Shown one piece after another: positions 38,224 to 49,690 of a stretch of DNA of 64,000 nucleotides. The DNA comes from Epiperipatus broadwayi (taxonomy: Eukaryota; Animalia; Onychophora). The stretch is taken from the NCBI GenBank assembly GCA_028023455.1, contig JAQFVV010000006.1, positions 6,324,001 to 6,388,000 of the forward strand, in the 5' to 3' direction. The notes below the pieces were generated by a model. That model made no database searches and was not told where the DNA came from. It saw only the letters and a list, made by a program, of their open reading frames with translations. Position 1 is the stretch's first letter. The number at the start of each line of letters is the position of its first letter. The translations under genes and the position numbers were made by a program.

Positions 38224-38553
38224 TGGAAGTAATACAATTTTCTTCTACTTATGTATTGATTTCTATATTTACATATATCATTTTCAACTTTCTTACACAT
38301 TTCAACAATACTCTTTTTTACATCAAACTATATTTTTTATATCAAAACGTTATTTTTACAGTTTCAACTGTCCTGCAATCATCACCAGAGCTCTTTAAAA
38401 TCTACTCTTTTACATCCTACATAAAAGAGTAGATTTTAAAAAGCTCTGATGATGACTGCAGGACAGTTGAAACTGTAAGAATAAAGTTTTGATATAAAAA
38501 ATAGTATTGTTGGAAGTATGTAAAAAAGTTGGGAATGGAATGATAGAATATCT
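38224..38553. mobile_element. Family D head-to-head foldback with HHR motifs, 12-bp TSD
   Basis: TSD ACCATTTACTTA at 38212-38223 and 38554-38565. Plus arm CTGATGA(38446-52) T GACTG CAGGA CAGTT GAAA CTG TA, with a mirror motif on minus at ~38356-38388. Confidence 0.85.
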
Positions 38554-38599
38554 ACCATTTACTTACACAAGATGTGACAATTTAATTCTCATAATGCAA

Positions 38600-38930
38600 T
38601 CATAAAATATGCATGTGGAAGTCTACATTAGTACATTGAAAGGCCTGCCCCTTGTGCATCTATATACTGATTAAAATGGTGTTCCCATTTCTGAAAGCAA
38701 ACTTGGAACTCATTTTCAAAAATATTGTGGAACGGCTGTCTTACCTTTTGGATATCAGTTATAGTAGAAAATCTTCATCCTTTGAGCATAGTTTTTAATT
38801 TTTGGAAATAACCAAAAATCACAGGAGTTAAGTCAGGTGAATAGGCAAAATGGTTTAGTTGTGTAATCGATTTGTTGGCCTAAAAGTCTCTCACAATGAA
38901 AGCACTATGACCCATTTTTATGTCAAAACA
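38600..38930 (-). mobile_element. Mariner transposase C-terminal remnant
   Basis: Minus strand HFAYSPDLTP...FQKLK..KG, a decayed YSPDLAP.DF.LF..LK motif, followed by W...CI.AQG-like sequence. Confidence 0.75.
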
Positions 38931-39854
38931 TACACATAGATATTTATTGTCTTCCCAATAGCCAATTAACAATTAGCTCTATTAACCTAAAATTTACAAG
39001 TTAGCTTAAACATGTTCATACTCGTGATTTTGATACAGTTTGATCGGGGTGACACCGCATGGTGATTTCAGGAATGAAATTATCACATCTCACATGTATA
39101 CTCTGTTTTATTTAGATAAGTGGGATTCTGTTAATAAGTTGAATGCATTCATAACAACAGCACTTGTAAGACTATAACACCTCCCTACCAATAACAAAAG
39201 TTGGATTATGTTACAATAATATCAATTGTATTTAGATCCCCACTGACATTTTACCAGTACAGATTAACCCATGGCCTTTACTCTTTGAAGAATTTTTGAC
39301 CACTAGTGAGTGGATTTGTTAAGTTAGGTATGAACTTTCTACTTGGATCTTACAAAGGTATCATTTGTTTTTACAGTCACATATTGACATGCATTTGACC
39401 ACTCCAGATTAAACTGTGAACTTTACTTTTTAATGGCTGGGTTTGCTGACATGCTGCTGAATAATTAGATAAGCTAATTATGGACTTTCTATTTGGATAT
39501 TGCAGTAAGCACATAATGCTCATCTGACCAATTCAGATTAATATGTAACCGTTATGCTTTTATAACTGGATATTTATTTATTGATCACATTGGAAGTTTA
39601 GTTAAGTTGGCTATTTATTATCATTTTGGAAAAAAAAAATCCTAATTCTATCCAAGATCTAAAAAGCCTTCAAGGTTCATTCGATCTGATCTTTATTTCA
39701 GATCATGATTATGGATGGTAGATGTGCTGCAGTTTTGGTCACTACTTCATTCTAACGTTTCATAAATTTATGAAAAAAAATTATACCTGTTCGATGCACT
39801 TTTCGTAATGCTTTATTTAAATTTTCTATTTTATAATTGTTATTATCTAGAGTT

Positions 39855-39940
39855 TCTTTTTTTCATATGTCATAGCATCGACCAGGAAGCGAACCCACAA
39901 CCGTCTGCAACCAAGCCGACTGCGCTGACCTCTCAGCTAA
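39855..39940 (-). mobile_element. tRNA-derived SINE-like copy
   Basis: Minus strand TTAGCTGAGAGGTCAGCGC...GTGGGTTCGCTTCCTGGTCGATGCTATGACATATGAAAAAA; same family as 31995-32100. Confidence 0.7.
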
Positions 39941-41079
39941 CAACTCTTGACTTATGTAGAGTTTTCTTCAGAGCTATTAAATATCTTTGCTGATTTAAAT
40001 ATTTAGTTTTAATTGGTTTTTTTTTAAGTAAGCATATATTTTTATCTTTTTTTGTGTGTCTATTTTTGACATTTTTAATTTTTTTTACTATACTATCAAA
40101 ACTTTAAAAAAAATTAACTTTTTGTTAATATTATTACTATTATTAATTTTTGGCTTTTCTATTTGAAATCAATTCCAGAAATAATGTGCAAAAGAAGAAA
40201 AATAGAAATGTAATTATATATCTGTATTTACAGGAGTAAAATTTATAATCAATTATAATATTATATCATATATTTATAAGATTTAATCAGCTATTTATTA
40301 TAATTTATTATATACTCCAAAAACTTGAGCTGAGTCAAGCCACTATGAAAAGGTATTTTTAAACCAAATATATATATATATTCTAACTTAATAGGAGTGA
40401 ATTAACTTTTGGTGACTTCTCACCAGACTCATAGTGCAAAATTAATTAACTAACAACGGGAGCAGGCTGACCATATAGTTAATAAAATGTAAATTATAAA
40501 AGTCCAATGTTCCTTTTTTTTTTTTTGACAAAGGGATGCAAGACTCTTCTTGTTGATTGAATTACTTAGAGTATGGATTTAGCCATCTTATCTATCAACA
40601 AAATATCATAAAGAAATTTATAAAGATTCTAACTAGGAGATAGGTTCAGTGGTGATTTTATTAATCCCTTCAATTCTGTCTCTATAACCACATATCAACA
40701 CAGTTATTAATGATATGATTCAAGGTTTGTATTTGCCTAAATTTACAAAGGCCAGTGACTAATAAATTCAATTTATGAAGCAGAAGAGGACAACCATGGG
40801 ATGTCCTGAATCTGTTGATGAGACTACAGTTGCATTTAAGAAGATCTGGAAAAAGAAATGTAGGTGGAATCTCATCGGGATTCTATTTTTGCATCCCAAC
40901 TCTTTGATTGTAAATTCTTGTTTCAGCATTGAGACTTATGTAGGTGAAACTATATCTTGAGCTATTGACTTGTTTATCTGCTTAACAGTTTTTTATGTGT
41001 TCTTTATTAGATAATTTTTAATCTGATATCTGAAGAAGAAATATGTGAAAGAATAGGAAACCACTGCAGTCTTAAGTAT

Positions 41080-41830
41080 ATCAGTGATATTTCTCATGGT
41101 AATATTTAACTGAGTATTTAGTCTTTAGGAAATATTACAAGAATTATCAGGTGAAAATAAGAAAATAGGATTAATGTTAAATGCTAGAAGACTAAAGTAA
41201 TGTTCAATGGATTTTTCTCAAAATAAAGAAATAAAGATTGATAATGATGAGTTAGAAGTCAGCAATCACAAATATCTTTGACATATTATTACCACAGATG
41301 TAAACATAATGGCTTTTATTAATTGTACAATTAAATTTGATTAGAGTGCTTTTGGTAGAAATAACTTAATATTAAAAGGAAATGTGTCAATGTGTTTAAA
41401 AAGGAAGGTGTTTAATAAAGGTGTTATCAGTTCTTACTTACGGATCTGAGATTTTAACACTTAACAGAAAAGCAATAGAGAGACTTCAGACCACTAATGA
41501 ATTATAGAAATATATATGTTAGAAAAAACAAGAAAAGATTAAAAATGAAATACATAGGTGAGGGAACAAACCAGTGTTAATGGCATCATTGAGAAGTTAA
41601 AAGACTGGAGTTGGGCTGGACATACTGCTTGAAGAGAGATAATAATAGATGAATAATTGAAATCTTAAACTGAATTCCAAGAGATTGTAAAAGACATAGA
41701 AAGAGACCCTGTGTGAGATGAGTGGATAAAATAAGAGAGTGCTGTGCCAATGTGGAGAAGAGAAGCTACAGATTGAAGAAGATGGATTAAGCTTGGAGAC
41801 ATTTTCAACCTACAATGGATTGATAGTTGA
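41080..41830 (+). mobile_element. Decayed RTE-like LINE 3' half
   Basis: Contains WSWAGH (~41605), IPRDCKRHRKRP and a GATGATGATG tail at ~41835. Confidence 0.8.
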
Positions 41831-42193
41831 AAATGATGATGATGGTTATTAAGTTTAGTGTGAGAATTCAGCCTTCCTGAAACCCCCCACCCCATGGAAA
41901 TAATGTGCAACAATATATGGAACTAATATGTCTCCATATAAAAACTAGATGTCAACTTGATGAATTTCTGGTTGAGACAATATTTTATGAAAAATTATTG
42001 TAATAATTATAAATTATGGCATTATGAACATAGTTATATTTAGTGACATTCATAGATTTTTAGAACCATTTAACACGACTCTCAAATGGCCCTTATAGTC
42101 ATAAAAAACTGTTCCAGTGATACTACATCTTTATATAAATGATTGTTTATTAAGAACAACAATTATGTATATAATATTTCCACAAAACAAATC

Positions 42194-42252
42194 ATAATCT
42201 GGACCAACTGATGAGTGCTGGTTTAGCACGAAATACGTATATCGGTGATTAT
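42194..42252 (+). ncRNA. Type I hammerhead ribozyme (B1) with perfect stem II and palindromic TACGTA
   Basis: ATAATC TGG ACCAA CTGATGA GTGCT GGTTT AGCAC GAAA TACGTA TA | TCGGT GATTAT. Predicted cleavage after A42241; one A-C mismatch in stem I. Confidence 0.8.
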
Positions 42253-42396
42253 TTATCTTTTAGACATATATGGTCAAGTGTATCAGTAGTATGAGATAGT
42301 GTGGAGAGTTGAGGGTCGTATGAAAGTATACGCTCAAAATCCCCTATATATTACGTTGTTTGTACAGGTATATATATAGCCTGTATGTTAGATATT
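42197..42396 (+). mobile_element. Solo 5'-truncated B1 copy with 13-bp TSD
   Basis: TSD AAAACAAATCATA at 42184-42196 and 42397-42409. Confidence 0.85.
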
Positions 42397-43449
42397 AAAA
42401 CAAATCATAGCAAAATAATAATAAATAAAACAGTTAAATGTAGATAGAGTGTCCATACAATAATTATAATAGTGTATAGCAAAAAAATAAAAAAACATTA
42501 GAGATTCACTCTGAAAAGAGTGAATTTCTAACGTCTCTCATACTATGTACCAATGAAAAGATGACAGGTGATTAGTTTTCTGTTGGTGGAATTACCTGAA
42601 TGTATATATAATTTATTTTATTGATTCTTTTAATTACTAATAATAATCATATACTTAATTGCATTGGGATCATATGATGTTTTATCCACATAATAACAGA
42701 TTGGACACACCCAGTCCAATGACCAAATTTTTTTTTTCCAGTTAGAACCTGATTCAGAAACATTTTGCTCTCGAATTCTCCACTCTTATCCCTACGCTAA
42801 CCGACAAACAAATAAATAAAAATTAATCCATTTGTATTTGTACTTTTTTAATTGAAAATGTCACTTTTCTAGATTCTCGTTTTATCATAGCAGAACTAAA
42901 ACAATTAAACCTAATTAATGTCGTTAATGCAAAATAAGGCCTATGTTTTAATTTTCCAAGATAATGTTCATTCATTATTTAGAAAGAATTTGGATAATGA
43001 TTTAAAGGGAAAAGCTTAGAATAGCGATTAAAAAGAGAAGGGATATTTATTAGATTTCTAATGGATTTGAATAATTAAAACTGCAAAAAATTTATATGAC
43101 ATTTTTAATTGAACTAAACAATAAACTTTTATGATAGTTTTCTGCTGAAGATGATGTTAAACGAAAATGGCAGCTTTTCTGCCGGCAATGGTGATATTTC
43201 ACCATAAAAGAATAAAACTTTCTCTTCAATAAACTAATGGAAACCGAAACAATATATACAATATTTTGTCCTCTCAAATAGACATCAGTATTCTAACTAT
43301 ACGAAGAAGATAAATAGTACCAATAAGTTTCACTGGAGGCGCTCTACACAATGCTTTGTGCAGTTTAGTACAATGATAGAGTTTTAGAGCTAAAAGTTCC
43401 TAAATTAAAGCTCAATCTAACATTTCTAATGAGTGAATGTCACATGACC

Positions 43450-44110
43450 TAAACAACTAATTGGTTATTTTATATAAAATGTGGCAAAAAAAGTAGCAAT
43501 AATTAAACTTTTCCAAAAACTAAAGTTGTATTCTAATCCAATGAAGACAGTATATACTCAATCATTTATACAATAGGGTAACATCTAAAAATCTGAATAT
43601 TATCTTTTGTGACAATAGATTGAAACATAGTCATGCCCCATGGTATTCAGGAATAACTTTGGATCATAGACTAATTTATTTTTCTTATCTATATATAAAT
43701 AGATCTAAAACAATTTCTAGGAAAATTTCCTCAGCAAGCTATCTGGTTTTACTTAAATTTGTGATGCAAATACTTTACAGACAGTTGGCTTAGAACTAGA
43801 ATAGTTTACTGATGACTATTATGCCCCTTTTAAAAGAAAAGGGTCCATACTAAAGTTTTTTTTAAATACTCAACTACATAGATAATTTTCAAGTCTATTT
43901 TGTTGGTAATTTCATGTTCTTTTACATATTCACCCACCATATATCAGAAGTTGCCTCATAGAAGACTTATCAAAAGCTATTAAGCAGATATGACATGTTA
44001 ACATCTTAAGATATAGTTTCATAACCAAAGCCTCATCTCAAATCAAGATCTTTCTAAATGTTCAACCAAGAATCTTTTAAAATATTTGTATAATAAATTG
44101 TTTTTCTCTT
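43450..44110 (+). mobile_element. Decayed LINE RT C-terminal remnant (jockey/L2-like)
   Basis: LKLYSNPMKT and PWYSGITLDHRL resemble the LK.NP.KT and KYLGVTLD..L motifs. Confidence 0.45.
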
Positions 44111-44955
44111 CACCAATAAAAATTGTAATTATACACATGCGATTTTTTCCACATGCGTTAGTGAAGCTGTAATTATACTATAATATTTCATATGCCTGCT
44201 TAGCGCTTTCGAGATTTAGTATTCAAATCTTATACTCATAGCTTTATTGGATGAAGACTGTTGTAATTTATTGTACACATATACAAATGTACTTGAATTT
44301 TTAATTAGTTAGTCCATTGTTTGGAGAGACCAAAGCATGCCTCTCTTCTATTAATGGCACTGAGATTATTTGCTATGTAAAAAGCTTCTTTAACCTTTCT
44401 TTTGGCATTATTCTTCTCTGTGCAAATTATTTGGGCAGAACTAGGTTCGAATACATGGCCTGTAGCTGCTTCATTTTTATTTTTAACTCTGTTGTATGCA
44501 TACCTGTGTTTGCAAATTCTTGTGTTGGTGTTAGCCCAAGTCTCAATAGTAAGATGCTTGGCAAGGGCTTGCTATTCTATAGACCACATGAGGGGCTTGA
44601 TCTTTTTCTATTTTATCTTTGGAATTATTTATTAGTCGGTCAGTGTTAGGAGGTGTTCTGAAGCTAAATTTGAAATCATTAGTAAATTTTTTAGTAATTT
44701 TTGAAGTTACATTAGGTATAAATGGAATAGTTAAGAATTTCATATTGTCTTTAGGCTGTTTATTATTGTTTTTTATAAAATGTTTTTATTCTCTGATGGA
44801 TAATACTGGGTTTAAAGCCTATGTTGGTCATTTCCTTTATATATTTATAAATGTTGTTTTTCCTATCCGCTTATAAAATGATAATTAAACTGCTACACAT
44901 AAGAGGTTACACAAGTCCAAAGTCTAATACCACCAACACATATAAATAGGAAAGT

Positions 44956-45585
44956 ATGAATGCTTTCCTATTCATAAATCACCATTTATGTAAATACACA
45001 GCAGATAGGAAAAACAGCATCTATAAATATATAAAGACAATGACCAACATAGGCTTTAAACGCAGTATTATTCATCAGAGAATAAAAACATTTTATAGAA
45101 AACTCAATAATAAACAGCCTAAAGGCAATATGAAATTCTTAACTATTCCATTTATACCTAATGTAACTTCAAAAATGTCTAAAAAATTGACTAATGATTT
45201 CAAATTTACCTTCAGAACACTTCCTAACACTAACTGACTAATAAATAATTCTAAAGATAAAATAGAAAAAGATCAAGCCCCTCATGTGGTCTATAAAATA
45301 GCATGCCCTCAATTAGGCTGCCAAGCATCTTACTATGGTGAGACTTGGGCTAATATCAACACAAGAATTTACCAACATGGGTATGCATACAACAGGATTA
45401 AAAATAAAAATGGAAGATCATCAACCTTCTGGGACCACCAAGCAGCTACATCTGCCCAAATAATTTGCCCAGAGAAGAATGATGCCAAAAGAAAGGTTGA
45501 AGAAGCCTTTTACATAGCAAATGATCTAAGTGCCATTAATAGAAGAGAGGCATGCTTTGCTCTCTCCAAACAATGGACTAACTAA
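44956..45585 (+). pseudogene. PLE ORF C-terminus: linker plus GIY-YIG endonuclease, one in-frame stop at ~45235
   Basis: FLTIPFIPNV..KDKIEK..HVVYKIACPQLGCQASYYGET..TRIYQH..RKVEEAFYI..AINR. Confidence 0.88.
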
Positions 45586-45644
45586 TTAAAAATTCAAGAA
45601 CATTTGCATATGTATACAATAAATTACAACAGTCTTCATTCAGT

Positions 45645-45695
45645 AAAGCTATGAGTATAAGATTAGAATACTAAATCTCGAAAGCGCTAATCAAG
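45645..45695 (+). ncRNA. Putative A3:U8 hammerhead variant downstream of the GIY-YIG stop; mirror copy at 44196-44245 (-)
   Basis: AAGCT ATGAGTA T AAGATT(T)AG AATA CTAAATCTC GAAA GCGC TA. The mirror copy has stem I GCT/AGC. Position 10.1 is A rather than G in both arms. Confidence 0.45.
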
Positions 45696-47206
45696 CATAT
45701 TAAACATTATAGTATAATTGCAGCCTCACTAACACATGTGAAAAAAATTGCATATGTATAATTAAAATATTTATAATATTGTGATTAGAAAATAGACTTA
45801 TTATGTTCCAAATGAATGTATTCCTTTTTCCAGATCCAACAATAAAGCCATAGTATATTGATCTTCCTAGACATTATTGGAAGATTAACAGATTTGCAAC
45901 AACCAGTAGTCATTATGCTAATTTGTTTCCTAAATGAAGTTTAACAGGCACTGGCCTCTGAAAGATTCATCAAATACAAACCATGAATAATATAATTAAT
46001 GATTACCAATCTTTGTCATCAGTGACAAAATTTAAAATGTAATAAAATCACTAGTGAATTTATCTCCCGGTTAAAAATTTTGCAAGGTTCTATAATATTT
46101 TTGGGTTAATACCTAAGGTGTCTTAAAATCCACATGTTAAATAAAGTAAAATATTAGGCTGGTCTTAGAAATTGTTTTAGTTAACATATTTTACAGAATA
46201 ATAGGAAAAGTAGTACAAATAGAATACCTGATCATGGAGGACTTTTATTATCAAACTTTTTTATCCAAGCAATTTTATTTACATAAGAATAATTTAATAA
46301 TACATATTTCCCCCAACTTCTTCCTGTATTTTTTAAAAAACCCTATGCTTCTAAAAAGTTAAACATTAAAATATAAACAGCAACTAACTTTTATATATTA
46401 TATATGCATACAAATAGGTGTATATTTATTTCTGTATGATTAAAAATTTTACAAATTGATTCTTTTTATAATTTTTTCACCAAAATTTATTTTAAGAATT
46501 TATTAAAATGTTGCAAACTTTACTTCAGTTGATTTAAAGCTTTTATCCCCCCCCCCCCAACTTGCTCTCTTTGCAATTTTTTTTTTCACTTGCAACATAT
46601 GGAAAGTAGTAAATTTATCTTTTTCTTAGGAAAAATTAAAAGATATTTTTAAAAAATTAGAAATATGCATCTTGTGACAATTAGGCTTATTAATTTGTAG
46701 ACATTTAGTACATTTAATGAAAGTTTTTTTTTTTCTTAGTTTTATTTTCAAATCTGTATATGAACTATTTATTTATAAAACTGAATTTAATATATATATA
46801 TTTAAAACATCACAAACACCACATGTTACATTATCTTATCAACATTACCTTGTGAAACAAAGTCTGAACATAGTAGCACACATAAATGATCGACCTTTTA
46901 TCTGTAAACTGAAAAGTTAAATATATTGAAAATCAGATCTATGTAAGTAAAAAGTGTGAAACTAAACAAGCAAAGTTCTTAATTGGTAATAATCAAATTT
47001 ACTTTATTTTATATATATTTAACCAGTTTACCAATTACAATAAGAGGTTGACCTTTTACCCATGCTTCCTTATTTAGAGTTTGTTTCACAATGTAGTGCT
47101 GTTGAAATAATGTAGCAGGTATTAGTAATGTTCTATATTTGAATTTCAGCTGGTTTCCTATATATTTGTGTTTAGGAATTTTCAAAGTTGGTTTTTTGAA
47201 TCTAAT

Positions 47207-47262
47207 GTCCCAACTCCTCACTGAAGAGACCCATAGGTCGAAACCGGTCTGGGGATGGAGAC
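47207..47262 (+). ncRNA. Canonical minimal type I hammerhead ribozyme
   Basis: GTC CCA AC TCCTCA CTGAAGA GACC CATA GGTC GAAA CCGG TC | TGGGGA TGG A GAC. All core nucleotides present, 6-bp proximal stem I, 4-bp stem II, GUC triplet, cleavage after C47249. Confidence 0.92.
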
Positions 47263-47384
47263 AATCCAAGATAAAAATGATTTGAATGCCTTATCTTGTA
47301 GTAGCCTTTATCATAAATAAAAAAAAGCTTGTTTAGAGCTCATTAGTATGCTCTTAAATTTACACAACTATTGTATTAGTAATA

Positions 47385-47780
47385 TTCCTGTAATGTAATT
47401 TTCACTACACCCCTCTCATGGAAGGTAGAGACTGATTTCTATTTGCTTTTAATACTTTGTGGAGGAATGTAATTATAAACATATGACTAAAGATATATGA
47501 AAAAGATTTATGACCCCAAAGCTTGCATTATATTATAATCATGCTTGTTTATGTCCAATGCATAAACACTAATCTGGTCAATCCAGAATATTAAGTAGCA
47601 AATAAATTGTCCTACAATTCTGCCCTCTAGTAAACAATATATATATATGCACCAGATGGTAGTGCTTAATAAATTCCTATATAGTGCTGACCTATCCAAT
47701 ATTTTAAACTAGTTTTTTTTAACTTATGGCTTTCATCAATAAAGAGCTTTTGGATCTAGAGGGTACTTATGGACTTTTTG
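47385..47780 (-). mobile_element. Decayed B2 and family A fragments
   Basis: GTAATGTAATTTTCACTACACCCCTCTCATG (B2) and CTATCCAATAT..ACTAGTTT..GGCTTTCATCA (A). Confidence 0.6.
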
Positions 47781-48029
47781 GACTTAATGAACCTTTTGAC
47801 AGCCACTTTCAATTTCTGTTTTACTATCAATCTAGCAAACAGGGTGGGAGCAATTGACAATCACTTTGAATCCACCCATTTTCCATATCTGAGCACCAAT
47901 AAAAATGATTTATAACTCAGAAATTCATAAGAAGTGTGATTACATGAAAGGACAGAGTTGTACTGTGATCTCCAGAGTTTACTTCTCCTATAGTTGCACC
48001 AATTCATTCAGGGATTTGGATGCCAATCA

Positions 48030-48620
48030 ACTCTAGTTTGGATGAGGTGAGAGAAGGGTGCCAAATAATTGCAAGGAAATCAAGCCATATATCACCTGAC
48101 TTCATTTAATAAGCTTCTATTACAAAGGTTATATAATGAATATGCCAATAGCTTTTAACAAGCTCATTATATAACATGATATAGTATAATAATAATTGCC
48201 AGAGCTAGAAACTGGTTCTGAGAGTAAGGATGTTCTGAAAAGCTTGCTAAGAGCTATTGGCATGTTCATTATATAACATTTGTAATACAAGCTTATTAAA
48301 TTAAATCACATGATATATGATTTGATTTCCTTGCAATTATTATTATTGCTCTTAAGGCTTTGGTGATATTATATTGCTAAAGCTATTAATATATGGTGTA
48401 TCTGAACTTAGTTCAGTTCCATATGGTTATTTAAGTTAGATAGCTGAATTTGAAGATATATGGATGTCTGAAAATTTCAGATTTTCTACTTAATAGTTAA
48501 ACATTAGATAAGTGCTGGGCTTGACCTGGTATTTTAAATCTAATGCTTGAATATCCTAGTGTCTCACTGATGAAAGTCAGAGCTAGAAACCAGTCTAAAA
48601 ACAGGGAAGTTCTTCCAATT
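48030..48620. mobile_element. A-related subfamily (A') with inverted arms and HHR relic; second locus at ~56560-56880
   Basis: 48060-48170 is inverted at 48240-48340. CTCA CTGATGA(48567-73) AAGT CAGA GCT A GAAA CCAG TC. GATAAGTGCTGGGCTTGACCTGGTATTTTAAA is shared in part with ~56720. Confidence 0.7.
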
Positions 48621-49434
48621 CAGTTTGAAATAATTAATTACTATCCCCATACCCTGTGATCAATCATCAATAATTTCATTATATAGTATTGCTGTCTAAT
48701 ATATAATTCTGAGGAAGAGCATTGAACTGTTGAAACTAAACTATTTACAAGTGTGGAAACTATATGCATTAAATGAATTTGCATACAGGAAATTATTTCA
48801 TTACTTATATTAGTAATATTAATATTTAACAATCAGAGTACTAAAGCATCATTTATAAGCTCTATGTGAAATAAAGTACTGACTAATATATATATAATAA
48901 TCAACTTCCTTTTCTTCCATCATGTAAAATATCAAAGTAAGAATAAATCATATGATAAATAAATAAATATTTTTAATTAATTATTTTTATATTTTTTTCT
49001 GTTTGTCCAGAGTATCATATTCTATTGCTTTTATTATAGAGAAAACCAACAACAATAATATAAAAACATTAGAAATAATAAGTGGGAGATTGTAAATAAA
49101 TTATAACATATATAAAACAACTTATTAAAAAGTAATGTTTTAAATTGCTTTTTTATAAAATTACTCCCCTCCTCCCATTCTCTACCATCTACATAATAAC
49201 ATAGTTTAGGTGTTTGTTTACGATGTATACAGATGCAGATGTACATTTATAATAATTTAAATTTATTAATTTTTTACGTTTTTGTTTTTTTTTTAATTTT
49301 TATTACTGTAGTCAAACAACTCTTTCCTTACACACACATTTTGGAAATAACTTCTCTTCAGGTGAATTACTTAAACGCTTGAGTCTCCACATCTATGTTG
49401 ATAGTTCAACACTTTTCATTACATCACCATCACA

Positions 49435-49690
49435 TGAGATAGACACTGATTTGCATCCATTTTTAATATTTTATGGAAGAGGATACAGACACTGTTTTGT
49501 ATCCATGTTTAATATCTTATGGAAAGAGTATCATATAGACACTGGTTTGTATCCATGTTAAATATTTTATGGAAGAAGTGATCAGATAGAGACACTGTTT
49601 TGTATCCATGTTTAATATCTTATGGAAGGGATGGTTATATAGACACTGTTTTATATCCATGTTTAATATCTTATGGAAGGAGTGATCAGA
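49435..49690. repeat. Minisatellite, ~50-bp unit, about five copies
   Basis: GACACTGTTTTGTATCCATGTTTAATATCTTATGGAAG recurs five times. Confidence 0.9.

Larger units (their letters stand above)
44105..45780. mobile_element. Penelope-like element 3' portion as a head-to-head inverted pair
   Basis: Arms ~44105-44875 (-) and ~45000-45775 (+) are reverse complements. Both encode the RT thumb/linker and GIY-YIG region; the left arm has an internal deletion. Confidence 0.9.

Noticed and set aside
39935-39975. Minus-strand AGCT CTGAAGA A AAC...GTC AAGA GTTG TT AGCT upstream of the SINE
   Set aside because: GAAA and stem III are absent; too degenerate to call.
43135-43175. CTG CTGAAGA TG...C GAAA ATGG CAG as an HHR, or a mariner C-terminal remnant
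   Set aside because: No NUH triplet and a 1-bp stem II; the mariner similarity is too weak to support.
47009-47269. Minus-strand 86-aa ORF with IRFKKPTLK, resembling a GIY-YIG tail
   Set aside because: A single short motif, antisense to the ribozyme, with no other endonuclease motifs.
48705-48740. CTGAGGA A GAGC..GTT GAAA CTAA AC
   Set aside because: Stems II and III and the cleavage triplet do not form.
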